From Candidatus Multivorans sp. (lineage in GTDB: Bacteria; Acidobacteriota; Thermoanaerobaculia; Multivoradales; Multivoraceae): a stretch of 64,000 nucleotides of DNA. A model generated the notes under the pieces. It was given only the letters and a program-made list of their open reading frames with translations, did no database searches and was not told the DNA's origin. Positions 27,587-37,574 of this stretch are shown here, piece after piece. Position 1 is the stretch's first letter. The number at the start of each line of letters is the position of its first letter. The position numbers and the translations under genes were made by a program. Location: positions 416,001 through 480,000 of the forward strand of contig OZ251997.1 in assembly GCA_965247095.1 (NCBI GenBank), written 5' to 3'.

Positions 27587-27848
27587 GCCGTCGCCTGGCT
27601 TCGGCCAGTACACCGGCCCGCATCTCTTGAAGGGACTTCGGCGGGCTGTCGTAGGCCAGGCTGCCGAACACGTCTTCCGGCCGGGTTTCGGAAAACACGG
27701 GCGCCGGCTTGAGCAAGACGCCCTCGGAGGTGTTCTCCACGACGAGGCGTGTTCCGGCTACCCAGCGCAGCGCCCGACGGATGGCCTTCGGCAGGATGAC
27801 CTGCCCCTTCGTCGACACGGTGGTGGTAAGCGGTTCAGGCGTCGGCAT
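27573..27848 (-). CDS. AbrB/MazE-family antitoxin
   Basis: TTVSTKGQVILPKAIR AbrB motif; overlaps the toxin start. Confidence 0.9.
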   Translation of the reverse strand: MPTPEPLTTTVSTKGQVILPKAIRRALRWVAGTRLVVENTSEGVLLKPAPVFSETRPEDVFGSLAYDSPPKSLQEMRAGVLAEARRRHAGD

Positions 27849-27937
27849 TGATGGATTCCTCCTTCGCACCCGGTAAGGCGAAAGTAAGATACACCGTTCG
27901 GCGCCGTGAGCCAAGCGCAAACAGAGAATCAAGGGAA

Positions 27938-28114
27938 CGCGGCACGGTCGAGGCGATTCAGGTCGGCGCCCGAGGCGTCAACCTGGCGATCACGGGCAGC
28001 CGCTACGGCCCGGGCGGAACCAGGATCCACAGCATCGACGCCGTCTACCTGATCACGGAGGTGGAGGGCCGCTGGGGCATCCGCGCGGGTTCCGGCATGT
28101 CGCCTCGGCCCTGA
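27938..28114 (+). pseudogene. 3' relic of an NTF2/SnoaL-like protein gene
   Basis: VEAIQVGARGVNLAITGSRY...IDAVYLITEVEGRWGIRAGS* resembles an NTF2-fold C-terminus; no plausible N-terminus. Confidence 0.45.
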
Positions 28115-28160
28115 GCTGAACGGAGTTCCTCAGAACGCGATCCGCCGGATTCGGTCCACG

Positions 28161-28271
28161 GTCGCCAAGAACGATGCTTGGCACGACCAGGCGCCGCGCC
28201 GAACGCAGGGGCGCTTCGGCTGCCGCGAGCCCCTCCGCCCAGGCCGACAGCGCATTCGTGTCGAGAATCAC
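28161..28271 (-). pseudogene. Truncated VapC PIN toxin (first ~37 codons)
   Basis: GTGA overlap with the antitoxin; VILDTNALSAWAEG...VVPSIVLGD, after which PIN similarity is lost. Confidence 0.75.
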
Positions 28272-28561
28272 GGGATGTCGTCGGGCTCGAGCTTCTCGAA
28301 CTCGTCCTCGATCGTCTCGAGGACGGCACGGTGTTCGTCGCCGAGGTCGGCAAGTTCCCCGAATCCCGCCATCCAGGGCGGCGCCAGAGGAGCGGGCGCG
28401 GCGCGGTGCGAATCGGTATGACCCCGTGCGCTCGCCGCGTGTCGACTGAGCTGCTGTTCGACGGCGTCGGTGAAGAATCGTTTCAGCGTCATGCCGCGGA
28501 CCGCGGCGAAAGCCTTCGCGCGTCGGAAGGTGGTGTCGGGAAGCTCTATCGTCGTCTTCAT
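28268..28561 (-). CDS. VapB-like (RHH-type) antitoxin
   Basis: MKTTIELPD..FRRAKA.AA.RG.TLK.F..AVE; acidic C-terminus IEDEFE. Confidence 0.8.
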   Translation of the reverse strand: MKTTIELPDTTFRRAKAFAAVRGMTLKRFFTDAVEQQLSRHAASARGHTDSHRAAPAPLAPPWMAGFGELADLGDEHRAVLETIEDEFEKLEPDDIP

Positions 28562-28636
28562 TGACCCATATTGCCATATTTCCGGTGGCTGTCGCTCTCG
28601 ATGAAGAGGAGCCAGCGCTCGCTGTAGAGTGTGGAC

Positions 28637-29020
28637 ATGGACAGCGCTGCATCCTCGACGAGTCCCGGTTTCGTCGTCCGCCGCGCCGAGGACGCTCCGG
28701 CAAACCAAGTCGAACTCGGCACCGCGACGACCACTCAGGTGCTCCTCGGCGCCGACGACGGCACGCCGCACTTTGCGATGCGGCGGTTCCGCATGGAGGA
28801 CGGCGGGGGGATGCCGCTGCACACGAACCAGGTCGAGCACGAGCAGTACGTGCTCCGGGGCCGGGCGAGGGTCGTGCTGGGGGAGGAGACGGTCGAGGTC
28901 GGCGCCGACGACGTACTGCTGATCCCGGCAGGCCTGCCGCACTCCTACGAAGTGATCGAGGCGCCGTTCGAGTTCCTCTGCCTGGTGCCGAACCGGCCGG
29001 ACCGGATCGATCTGGTCTAG
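28637..29020 (+). CDS. Cupin-domain protein
   Basis: FAMRRF, MPLHTNQVEHEQYVLRG, IPAGLPHSY, FLCLVP. Confidence 0.88.
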   Translation: MDSAASSTSPGFVVRRAEDAPANQVELGTATTTQVLLGADDGTPHFAMRRFRMEDGGGMPLHTNQVEHEQYVLRGRARVVLGEETVEVGADDVLLIPAGLPHSYEVIEAPFEFLCLVPNRPDRIDLV

Positions 29021-29049
29021 AGGCGCAGGTGACCGTCCGCGGCTTCGGG

Positions 29050-30435
29050 ATGCGGGCGTTCGCCGCGATTCTGCTGGCGTTCGCGGTTCCGCTTGCGGCC
29101 GCGGCCGCTGCCGACGGCGAGACCCTGTCGCCGGACCTCCGGACCCGCACGGACGGCATCGACTGGCCGGGCTTCCTCGGACCGAACCGCGACTCGAAGT
29201 CGCCCGAGACGGGAATCCGCACCGACTGGGAGGCCGATCCGCCGCCGCTGCTCTGGCACCTCGAACTCGGGGATGGCTACGCGGCGCCCTCGGTAGCCCG
29301 GGGGCGGCTGTTCTACTTCACCCGCGTCCGCGACCGGGTGCGGCTCGTCGCGGTGCGGGCCGACAACGGCGAGGAGCTCTGGCGCTCGGAGTACCGGACG
29401 GACTACGAGGACTACTACGGCTACGACGGCGGGCCGCGTACGGCGCCCCTCGCCTCTGGCCCACGGGTCTATGCGGTGGGCGCCGACGGCTTCCTCCGCT
29501 GCCACCGGGTCGTCGACGGCGCCGTGCTGTGGGAGCGTGATGTGCACGCCGAGTACGGCGTCCAGCAGAACTTCTTCGGCGTCGCCAGCTCGCCCTGGAT
29601 CGAGGACGATCTGCTGATCGTGACGGTCGGCGGAAGTCCGCCGGGTTCGCCCGGCGTTCACAGCGGTCGCTTGAAGCCCAACGGCACCGCCCTGGTCGCG
29701 TTCGACAAGCGGACGGGCGAGGAGCGCTACCGCCTCGGTAACGATCTGGCCAGCTACGCGAGCCCGGTGGTCAGGGACATCGACGGCAAGCGGCGCGGCT
29801 TCCACTTCGCTCGCTCCGGCCTGATCGTCTTCGACCCGAAGGACGGCCGGGAACTCAACGCCTTCGGTTGGCGGGCGCGCCGGCTGACCAGCGTGAACGC
29901 CGCGAACCCGCTGGTCGTCGGCGCCCGGGTGCTGCTCACGGAGTCGTACGAGAAGGGGGCGGTCCTGCTCACGTACAACGAGGGTCCGGAAGGCGACGCC
30001 AGCGGCTTGCTACCGGTGTGGCAGGACGGCCCGCGCAACCAGGCGATCGCGGCGCACTGGAACACACCGGTCCACCACGAGGGGGTGGTCTACGTCTCGA
30101 GCGGCGAGAAGTCGCCGAGCGCGGAACTGCGAGCCGTGGATCTGTTGACCGGCGACGTTCACTGGAGCCAGCCGCGCCTCGCGCGCACCCAGTTGCTCCA
30201 CGTCGACGGCCATCTCGTGGTGCAGAGCGAGGTCGGCGATCTGCTGCTCGTCCGCGCGACCGCGGAGAGCTACCAGCAGGTCGCGCACCTGCGCCTTCAG
30301 GCGGAGATCGACGATCGGACCGTCGATCTGCTGCGCTATCCGGCCTGGGCGGCGCCGGTGCTGGCTCACGGTGTGCTCTACGTGCGCGGCTCGGACCGTC
30401 TGGCCGCCCTCGAACTCATCCCGCCGCCGGAGTAG
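29050..30435 (+). CDS. Secreted PQQ-like (BamB-type) beta-propeller protein
   Basis: Signal peptide; DWPGFLGP.RD, GYAAP, GPRTAP, GVASSP, AFDKRTG, SYASP, WAAPVLAHG.LYVR. Confidence 0.85.
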   Translation: MRAFAAILLAFAVPLAAAAAADGETLSPDLRTRTDGIDWPGFLGPNRDSKSPETGIRTDWEADPPPLLWHLELGDGYAAPSVARGRLFYFTRVRDRVRLVAVRADNGEELWRSEYRTDYEDYYGYDGGPRTAPLASGPRVYAVGADGFLRCHRVVDGAVLWERDVHAEYGVQQNFFGVASSPWIEDDLLIVTVGGSPPGSPGVHSGRLKPNGTALVAFDKRTGEERYRLGNDLASYASPVVRDIDGKRRGFHFARSGLIVFDPKDGRELNAFGWRARRLTSVNAANPLVVGARVLLTESYEKGAVLLTYNEGPEGDASGLLPVWQDGPRNQAIAAHWNTPVHHEGVVYVSSGEKSPSAELRAVDLLTGDVHWSQPRLARTQLLHVDGHLVVQSEVGDLLLVRATAESYQQVAHLRLQAEIDDRTVDLLRYPAWAAPVLAHGVLYVRGSDRLAALELIPPPE

Positions 30436-30439
30436 AGCC

Positions 30440-33400
30440 ATGGCCCGCGGCTCGATCCTCGTTTCCTGTTCGGCGGCCCGACGGCTGGCGGCGGCCGCCG
30501 GGTGGCTGCGCAAACGCCGGCACGGCGAGGAGGAGACGCTGCTGCTTGCGGCCTCGCGCGGCGCCGCCGACGACCTGGTCCGGGGCATGTCGGAGACAGG
30601 CCGGGGGATGCTGGGCGTTCATCGCGCGTCGCTCGACCAGTGGGCGTTGCAGACCGCGGCGCTTGAGTTGGCCGCCCGTGGACTGCGGCCGGTCACGCCG
30701 CTCGGAACCGAGGCGATGGCGGCGCGGGTCGCCCGCCTTGCCGCGGCGCAAGGAGAACTGGAGCGTTTGGAGCCGGTTGCCGACCTTCCCGGTTTCGCCC
30801 GCTCCCTGGCGGGGACGATCGGTGAGCTGCGCGCGGCAGGCGTTTCGCCCGGCGACCTGCTGAAGGACCACGGAACGCGCGACCTGGGCCGGCTGGTTCA
30901 CCGATTCGACGAGGAGATGACCCGTTTCGGGTTGGCGGATCCGGCGACCGTGCTTCGCTCCGCCGTCGTGGCAGTGGACCGGGAGCAGGTCGCTGTTCCC
31001 AAGGGATCGCTGTGGCTCGATCTGCCGCTTCGAAGCGCTAGCCAGGTCGCACTCTTGCGGGCGCTCGCCGCGCGCAGCCGGGACGTGCTCGCGACCGTGG
31101 CCGCGGGCGACCACGAGACGCTGGAGTGGCTGGGGTCGCTGCTCGGCGACGGGGCGGTGATCGATCTCGACCGGGAGGAAGCGGTCGACGCCGGGACTGC
31201 GGGCGGTCGTCGGCTGGCTCGGGTCCAGCGCTTCGTCTTTGAGACCGGAGCGGATGCGTCTTCGCCGCTTGACGGTACGCCAGGTGCGGGCGAGACGCCC
31301 GCGTTCCATCCGCGCGCCCGCGGACGGGCGCGCGGAGTGGTTCCCGGGTGGCGCGGGACCGCGCCACCCGGGTTCCCAGGCAGTGGAGCAGACGTGCCGG
31401 CCGGCTCTTCGGTCGACCTGTTCTCGGCGGCCGGCGAGGGCCAGGAGTGCGTCGAAATCGCCCGGCGCATCCAGCGCGCCGCCGCCGGGGGGCTTGCCTT
31501 CGATCGCATGGCGATCTTGCTTCGCCAGCCGGCCGCCTACCTGCCCCTGGTGGAGGACGCGCTCGGCCGCGCCGGCATCCCCGCCTACGTCACCCGGGGC
31601 ACGTTGCGCCCCAATCCGGCCGGCCGCGCCTTCCTTGCCCTGCTGGCCTGCGCGGGGGAGAGACTCTCGGCAAGCCGCTTCGCCGAGTACCTGTCCCTCG
31701 GTCAGACCCCCGAACCGGCGAAGGGCGGCAGACCGCCAAAGCGCGAGGTGCCCTGGGTCGAGCCGGCGGGCGATCAACTCGTCATCAAGTCGCCGGAGCT
31801 CTCTCGAGCGCGGGCGTCTCGCCCGCATTCTGCGACCGACGGCGCCGCGGCCACCGACGCTCGCGAAACCCAGGAAGAGGCAGCGCCCGCCGGCGCGCTG
31901 CGCGTCCCCTCCCAGTGGGAGCGCTTGCTGGTCGACGCCGCCGTGGTCGGCGGCGCCGAACGCTGGCAGAAGCGGCTCGCGGGCCTTGGCGCGGAGTTCC
32001 GGCTGCAACTGCGCGAGGCCGGGGACGAGGACGAAGGCCGCAGGGCTTACCTGGAGCGGCAGATCCGGCGCCTGGAGACGCTCCAGACGTTCGCGCTGCC
32101 CCTGATCGAGTTTCTCGACGCCCTGCCCGAGCACGCGGACTGGGGCTGGTGGCTCGAGCGTCTGCAGGAGCTGGCGACGATGGCGCTGCGCCGGCCGGAG
32201 ACCGTGCTCGAGGTGCTTGCCGAGCTCCGACCGCTGGCGCAGGTCGACGAGGTGGGCTTGGCCGAGGTGGAGCGGATTCTGGGCGAGCGCCTGCGCTTCA
32301 GCCGCAGCCGGCCGCCGAAGCGGCGGTTCGGCCGGGTCTTTGTCGGTGGCGTCGAGGAGGCGGCGGGACGGAGCTTCGAGGTCGTGTTCGTGCCGGGTCT
32401 GGCCGAGGGCGTGTTTCCGCGGCGGGCGAAGGAGGATCCGCTGCTGCTCGACGAACGTCGCCGGACGCTGCGAGAGGCGGGCTACCGGTTGACCGAGGAT
32501 CTGGGGCGCACCCGGCGGGAGCAACTGCTGCTTCGCCTCGCCATCGGCGCCGCGAGTCGCTGGCTGGTCGTGTCGTATCCCCGGGTCGACCTGGTGCAGG
32601 GGCGCGCCCGGGTGCCGTCGCTGTACGCGCTCGATGTGCTGCGGGGCGCCGAGGGGCGCCTGCCGGACCTCGACGCGCTCGGCCGGCGTGCCGCGGCCGC
32701 CGGCGCCGCGGTGGTCGGCTGGCCGGCGCCGGCCGAACCCGAGGACGCGGTCGACGAGGCCGAGTTCGATCTCGCCCTGCTGCGGCCGCTCCTGGTCCCG
32801 GGCGCCCCGGTCGCGGAGCGCAGAGGACGGGCGCGCTTCCTCCTCGAGTCGAACCCGCACCTCAAGCGTGCCCTGGAGGCGCGCGGCCGGCGCTGGCGGC
32901 GACCCTGGTTCCCGGTCGACGGCCTCGTGGACGCGAGCGCCGAAGCCAGGGAAACGCTGGCCGCCCAGCGCATCGGCGCGCGCTCCTACTCGCCGACCGC
33001 GCTCCAGAACTTCGCCGCCTGCCCCTACCGCTTCTTCCTCCAGGCGGTGCTCTACCTCAGGCCCCGCGAGGAGCTGGTCCAGCTCGAGCAGATGGACCCG
33101 ATGACCCGGGGCAGCATCTTCCACGAGATCCAGTTCCGCCTGTTCGGCGCCTTGGAGGCGGCGGACCTGCTGCCGGTGGCGCCGAGTTGCCTGGCGAGGG
33201 TCTTCGAACTGCTCGACGAGGTGCTCGCGCGGAGCGAACGCGACTACCGGGAGGAACTCGCGCCGCCGATCGAGCGCGTCTGGAGGGCGGAGTTCGAGGG
33301 CCTGCGGGCCGACCTGCGCGGCTGGTTGCGGCAGGTGGCGGACGAGGGCGGCCAGTGGAAGCCCATTCACGCCGAACTCTCCTTCGGTCTCAGGCGGTCC

Positions 33401-33901
33401 GGGGACCGGGATCCGCGCAGCAAGCGGGCGCCGGCGGAGGTGCTCGACGGGGCGCTGCTGCGCGGCTCGATCGACCTCGTCGAGGAGGACGCGGGCGGTC
33501 GGCTGCGGGTGACCGACCACAAGACCGGTCGCGCCGTTCACGCCGGCGGGGGCCTGGTGATCGGCGGCGGCAAGGTGCTGCAGCCGGTGCTCTACAGCCT
33601 GGCCGCGGAGCACGTGCTCGAGCGGGACGTGGTCTCGGGGCGGCTCTTCTACTGCACCCAGCGGGGTGGCTACAGCACGGTCGCCGTGCCGCTCGACGAG
33701 CGGAGCCGCGGCGCCGCCCGCCGGCTGCTGGACGCGGTGGACGGGGCGCTGGAGGACGGTTTCCTGCCCGCGGCGCCGGCGAAGGACGAGTGCCGGTACT
33801 GCGACTACCGGCGGGTGTGCGGCCCCTACGAAGAGTTGCGGGTCCAGCGCAAGGACGCGACGCGGCTCCACGATCTGCAGGCGATTCGGAGCGAGCGGTG
33901 A
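30440..33901 (+). CDS. addB: AddB/RexB-like protein with C-terminal PD-(D/E)XK nuclease and 4-Cys Fe-S staple
   Basis: SPTAL..FAACPY, RGSIFHE, LRGSIDLV, VTDHKTG, LQPVLY, C..C.Y...C; directly upstream of a UvrD-like helicase-nuclease. Confidence 0.8.
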   Translation: MARGSILVSCSAARRLAAAAGWLRKRRHGEEETLLLAASRGAADDLVRGMSETGRGMLGVHRASLDQWALQTAALELAARGLRPVTPLGTEAMAARVARLAAAQGELERLEPVADLPGFARSLAGTIGELRAAGVSPGDLLKDHGTRDLGRLVHRFDEEMTRFGLADPATVLRSAVVAVDREQVAVPKGSLWLDLPLRSASQVALLRALAARSRDVLATVAAGDHETLEWLGSLLGDGAVIDLDREEAVDAGTAGGRRLARVQRFVFETGADASSPLDGTPGAGETPAFHPRARGRARGVVPGWRGTAPPGFPGSGADVPAGSSVDLFSAAGEGQECVEIARRIQRAAAGGLAFDRMAILLRQPAAYLPLVEDALGRAGIPAYVTRGTLRPNPAGRAFLALLACAGERLSASRFAEYLSLGQTPEPAKGGRPPKREVPWVEPAGDQLVIKSPELSRARASRPHSATDGAAATDARETQEEAAPAGALRVPSQWERLLVDAAVVGGAERWQKRLAGLGAEFRLQLREAGDEDEGRRAYLERQIRRLETLQTFALPLIEFLDALPEHADWGWWLERLQELATMALRRPETVLEVLAELRPLAQVDEVGLAEVERILGERLRFSRSRPPKRRFGRVFVGGVEEAAGRSFEVVFVPGLAEGVFPRRAKEDPLLLDERRRTLREAGYRLTEDLGRTRREQLLLRLAIGAASRWLVVSYPRVDLVQGRARVPSLYALDVLRGAEGRLPDLDALGRRAAAAGAAVVGWPAPAEPEDAVDEAEFDLALLRPLLVPGAPVAERRGRARFLLESNPHLKRALEARGRRWRRPWFPVDGLVDASAEARETLAAQRIGARSYSPTALQNFAACPYRFFLQAVLYLRPREELVQLEQMDPMTRGSIFHEIQFRLFGALEAADLLPVAPSCLARVFELLDEVLARSERDYREELAPPIERVWRAEFEGLRADLRGWLRQVADEGGQWKPIHAELSFGLRRSGDRDPRSKRAPAEVLDGALLRGSIDLVEEDAGGRLRVTDHKTGRAVHAGGGLVIGGGKVLQPVLYSLAAEHVLERDVVSGRLFYCTQRGGYSTVAVPLDERSRGAARRLLDAVDGALEDGFLPAAPAKDECRYCDYRRVCGPYEELRVQRKDATRLHDLQAIRSER
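31283..31380 (+). repeat. REP-like hairpin filled with one 69-bp element, in frame inside the addB-like gene
   Basis: GCGGGCGAGACGCCCGCGTTCC[ATCC...CCCGGGTTCC]CAGG; junction hexamers at 31302 and 31371 are 69 bp apart. Confidence 0.9.
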
Positions 33902-33906
33902 CCCCG

Positions 33907-36900
33907 ATGGACAGGCACGCAGGCGCCCCGCCGCCGGCCGACGAAGCCGCCCGCCGGCGCATCCGCGAGGCGCTGGACGAGAGCCAGTTGGTGGAGGCGG
34001 CCGCCGGTACCGGCAAGACGACGGTGCTGGTGGAGCGTCTGGTGGCGATCCTGGAGGCGGGCCGCGGCTCGGTCGACGGGCTGGCGGCGGTGACCTTCAC
34101 CCGCAAGGCGGCCGGCGAACTCAAGCTCCGCCTGCGCCAGGCGCTCGACGCCCGGCTGATCGAGTTGCGCGGCAGCGGCGCGGCCGGCAAGCGGACGGCG
34201 AACCTCGAAACCGCGATTTCCCGCCTGGAGCAGGCGGCCATCGGCACGATTCACTCCCTCTGCGCCGACATCCTGCGCGAGCGTCCGGTCGAGGCCGGGG
34301 TCGATCCGGGGTTCGGAGAGCTGGCGGAAGACGAGGCGCCGCGCCTGTTCGCCCGCACCTTCGGACGCTGGATCGAAGAGCAGCTCGAGGCGATGCCGCA
34401 GGGCCTGAGGCGGGAACTGGCCCGCCTGACGGTGGGGCCGTGGTCGCCGCACCAGTCGGCGCTCGACCGGCTGCGCGAAGCGGCGTGGAGACTGGTCGAC
34501 TGGCGCGACTTCGCGGCGCCCTGGCGGCGCCCCGAGTTCGATCGGGAGACGGAGTTGGAGGAACTCTCGGCCGTGGTCGAGCGGCTCGGGGAACTGGTCC
34601 TCCACGGCCGGCCGGGCGACCTGCTGCGCCGGGGCCTTACGCCCGTCGTCGAGCTGTCGAACTGGATTGTCCGTACCCGGCAACTGGGTGGGGCGGGTCC
34701 CGGGCCGAATGGCGGGGATCGGGCCGACGGCCAGGAGGCGTTCCAGGACCAGTTGGAAGCAAGGCTCGTCAAGCTGCTGCGAGACCTGAGTGGGTTCAGG
34801 AGTCCGCGCAAGGGCCGCGGCGGCTTTGCGGAGGGCGTCGCCCGGGAGCAGGTCTTCGAGCTCTGGCGCCGGCTCCTGGAGCGTCTGCGCCGTTTCGAGC
34901 AAACCGCGAATGCCGACCTTGCCGCGCTGCTGAAGGACGAACTATCCGTCGCCGTCGAACGCTACGAGCACGCCAAGCGACTGCTGGGGAAGCTCGACTT
35001 CCACGACCTGCTGATCAAGGCCCGCGACCTGCTTCGCCGCGACCGGGAGGTGCGGCGCCACCTGCAGGCGCGCTACCGGCACCTGTTCATCGACGAGTTC
35101 CAGGACACGGATCCGCTGCAGGCCGAGATCCTGCTGCTGCTCGCCGCCGACGACCCGGACCAGGACGACTGGACGCAGGTCACTCCGGCTGCCGGCAAGC
35201 TGTTCCTTGTCGGCGATCCGAAACAGTCGATCTACCGTTTCCGCCGGGCCGATGTCGTGCTCTACCAGGAGGTCAAGGAGAGGCTCGCGGAGCGCGGCGT
35301 CGAGGTCCTGCACCTTGTGACCAGTTTCCGGTCCGTGGCGCCGATCCAGCGGCTGGTCAACGCGGCCTTCGCGCCGCACATGACCGGCGACCGGACCGCC
35401 GGCAGCGCCGACTACATCCCGCTGGGCGAGCACCGGCAGGCGATCCCCGGCCAACCCCAGGTCGTCGTGCTGCCGCCGCCCAAGCCCTACGGTTACCGCA
35501 ACGTCACCCAGCGGGACATCGAGGCGTGCCAGCCGTATGCGACGGTCGAGTTCGTGCGCTGGTTGATCCAGGACAGCGGTTGGAAGGTCGAGGTCCCCGA
35601 TCCGGACAATCCGGGTCGCTTCATGCGGACGCCGGTGCAGCCGCGCCACATCTGCCTGCTCTTCCGGCGCTTCCTGAGCTGGAACCAGGACACGGCCCGG
35701 GACTACGTCCGCGGCCTGGAGGCGCTGGGCATTCCGCACCTGCTGATCGGCGCCCGCTCCTTCCACGAGCGGGAGGAGGTGGAGGCGTTGCGATCGGCTT
35801 TGACGGCGGTCGAGTGGCCCGACGATCGACTCTCCGTCTACGCGACGCTCCGGGGATCCCTGTTCGCCTTCGACGACGATCTGCTCCTGCGCTTCAAGAC
35901 GCGCTACGGGAACTGGCACCCCCTGTTCTCGCCGCGCAAGGCGCGGGAGTGCGGCGAGCCGCCGGAGGAGTTCGCCTCCCTCGTCGATGTCCTCGACTTC
36001 CTCGGCACGCTCCACCGGCGGCGGAACTACCGGCCGATCGTGCAGACGGTGCAGGAGATTCTGGCCAAGCCGCGCGCCCAGGCGGCGATGGCGCTGCGGC
36101 CGGCAGGCAACCAGGTGCTGGGCAACGCCCAGCGCGTGTGCGATCTGGCCCGCCGCTACGAGGTTGCCGGCGGCCGTTCGTTCCGTGGCTTCGTCGAGCA
36201 GTTGGACGAGGAGGCGGAACGGATCGGAGGCGCCCAGGCCCCGGTAGTCGAGGAGGACGCCGAGGGAGTCCGCGTGATGACGGTTCACACCGCGAAGGGA
36301 CTGGAGTTCCCGGTCGTCATCCTCGCGGACATGACGGCGAAGCTCTCGCGCGGCGCCGAGCGAACCGTACGCAGTGGGGACGAGCTCTGTGCGATGAAGC
36401 TGCTTGGACTCTCGCCTCAGGAACTGCTCGACGCCTCGGAGGTCGAGGACAAGAGGGAGGAAGCGGAAGGCATCCGGGTCGCGTACGTGGCCGCCACGCG
36501 GGCCCGGGATCTGCTCGTGGCGCCCGCGGTCGGCGACGTGAAGCGGCCGGGCTGGATCGAATGCCTCAACGACACCGTGTACCCGGGATCGGACGGTTGG
36601 CGCGGCTCGGCGCCCGCCGAGGGCTGCCCCGAGTTCGGCGACAGGTCGGTCGCCGCGCGCCCGTCGGACTACGACCGCATGCCGGAGCGGTCCGTGAGAC
36701 CCGGCCGGTACCGGTTCCCGCAGGCGGCTGGAACGGACGGCGCGGCCGACGACGCTCCGGACTACGACGTGGTCTGGTGGGATGCGGACCTTCTGAACCA
36801 GGAGCCTCCGGCCACCTACGGCCTGCTGGGCGAGGATCTCCTGGTCGAGGGCGGTGGCGCCGCCGCCGATGCGAGTCGCGAGCGGTTCGAACGGTGGCGT

Positions 36901-37545
36901 CGCCGGAACCAGGAACTGCTCGCGTCCGGCGGGCGTCCCTCGGTGCGGCCTGAAGCGGTCACCGGGCTCGACTTCGAGCCCCCCGGGCCAGTGGCCGAGG
37001 TCTTGGTCGAGGAACTGGAGCGTCGCCGAGACCGCCCGGGCGGCGTCCGGTTCGGCAGTTTGGTGCACACCGTGCTGCGGGACGCCCCTCTTGCCGGCGA
37101 GCCGGACCGGATCCTTGAGTTGGCCCGGCTGCACGGTTCCCTGCTGGCGGCTGATGCGGCGGAGATCGAGGCCGCGGTCGCGGCGGTGTCGGCCGCCCTT
37201 GCGAGCCCGGCCGCGCGCGCCGCGCGGGACTCGCCGCGGGTGCTGCGCGAGACCCCGTTCGTGTTGCCTCTACCGGCCCCGGAAGGTGGCAGCGAAGACG
37301 GTGAGGATGGCCGCGGAATCGTCGAGGGGACGGTCGACCTCGCCTACGTCGACGAGGACGGCCGCTGGATCGTCGTCGACTGGAAGACGGATCTGGGCGA
37401 TCTCGACGCACCGGCCGGCGGCGGCGACCCCGGCGCCGAGGACGTCCCGCGGGGCGAGGCGTACCGCCGCCAGGTGCGCTGGTACTGCTACGCGTTGGAG
37501 CAACTGACGGGCGCGCCCGCTTCGGGGCGGCTGGTGTTGCTGTAG
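33907..37545 (+). CDS. addA: AddA/RexA-like UvrD helicase-nuclease
   Basis: VEAAAGTGKT, VTFTRKAA.EL, TIHS, IDEFQDTD, VGDPKQSIYRFRRAD, MTVH.AKGLEFPVV, YVAATRARD; C-terminal G.VDL..VDWKTD, Q...Y; alternative GTG start at 33898. Confidence 0.88.
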   Translation: MDRHAGAPPPADEAARRRIREALDESQLVEAAAGTGKTTVLVERLVAILEAGRGSVDGLAAVTFTRKAAGELKLRLRQALDARLIELRGSGAAGKRTANLETAISRLEQAAIGTIHSLCADILRERPVEAGVDPGFGELAEDEAPRLFARTFGRWIEEQLEAMPQGLRRELARLTVGPWSPHQSALDRLREAAWRLVDWRDFAAPWRRPEFDRETELEELSAVVERLGELVLHGRPGDLLRRGLTPVVELSNWIVRTRQLGGAGPGPNGGDRADGQEAFQDQLEARLVKLLRDLSGFRSPRKGRGGFAEGVAREQVFELWRRLLERLRRFEQTANADLAALLKDELSVAVERYEHAKRLLGKLDFHDLLIKARDLLRRDREVRRHLQARYRHLFIDEFQDTDPLQAEILLLLAADDPDQDDWTQVTPAAGKLFLVGDPKQSIYRFRRADVVLYQEVKERLAERGVEVLHLVTSFRSVAPIQRLVNAAFAPHMTGDRTAGSADYIPLGEHRQAIPGQPQVVVLPPPKPYGYRNVTQRDIEACQPYATVEFVRWLIQDSGWKVEVPDPDNPGRFMRTPVQPRHICLLFRRFLSWNQDTARDYVRGLEALGIPHLLIGARSFHEREEVEALRSALTAVEWPDDRLSVYATLRGSLFAFDDDLLLRFKTRYGNWHPLFSPRKARECGEPPEEFASLVDVLDFLGTLHRRRNYRPIVQTVQEILAKPRAQAAMALRPAGNQVLGNAQRVCDLARRYEVAGGRSFRGFVEQLDEEAERIGGAQAPVVEEDAEGVRVMTVHTAKGLEFPVVILADMTAKLSRGAERTVRSGDELCAMKLLGLSPQELLDASEVEDKREEAEGIRVAYVAATRARDLLVAPAVGDVKRPGWIECLNDTVYPGSDGWRGSAPAEGCPEFGDRSVAARPSDYDRMPERSVRPGRYRFPQAAGTDGAADDAPDYDVVWWDADLLNQEPPATYGLLGEDLLVEGGGAAADASRERFERWRRRNQELLASGGRPSVRPEAVTGLDFEPPGPVAEVLVEELERRRDRPGGVRFGSLVHTVLRDAPLAGEPDRILELARLHGSLLAADAAEIEAAVAAVSAALASPAARAARDSPRVLRETPFVLPLPAPEGGSEDGEDGRGIVEGTVDLAYVDEDGRWIVVDWKTDLGDLDAPAGGGDPGAEDVPRGEAYRRQVRWYCYALEQLTGAPASGRLVLL

Positions 37546-37574
37546 TTCGCTCGAATCCCCCCGCGCGGAGACGC

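Noticed and set aside
31348-33906. 2065-aa ORF suggesting a giant helicase
   Set aside because: The N-terminal ~850 aa are an Arg/Gly-rich shadow frame overlapping addB; the real gene starts at 33898/33907.
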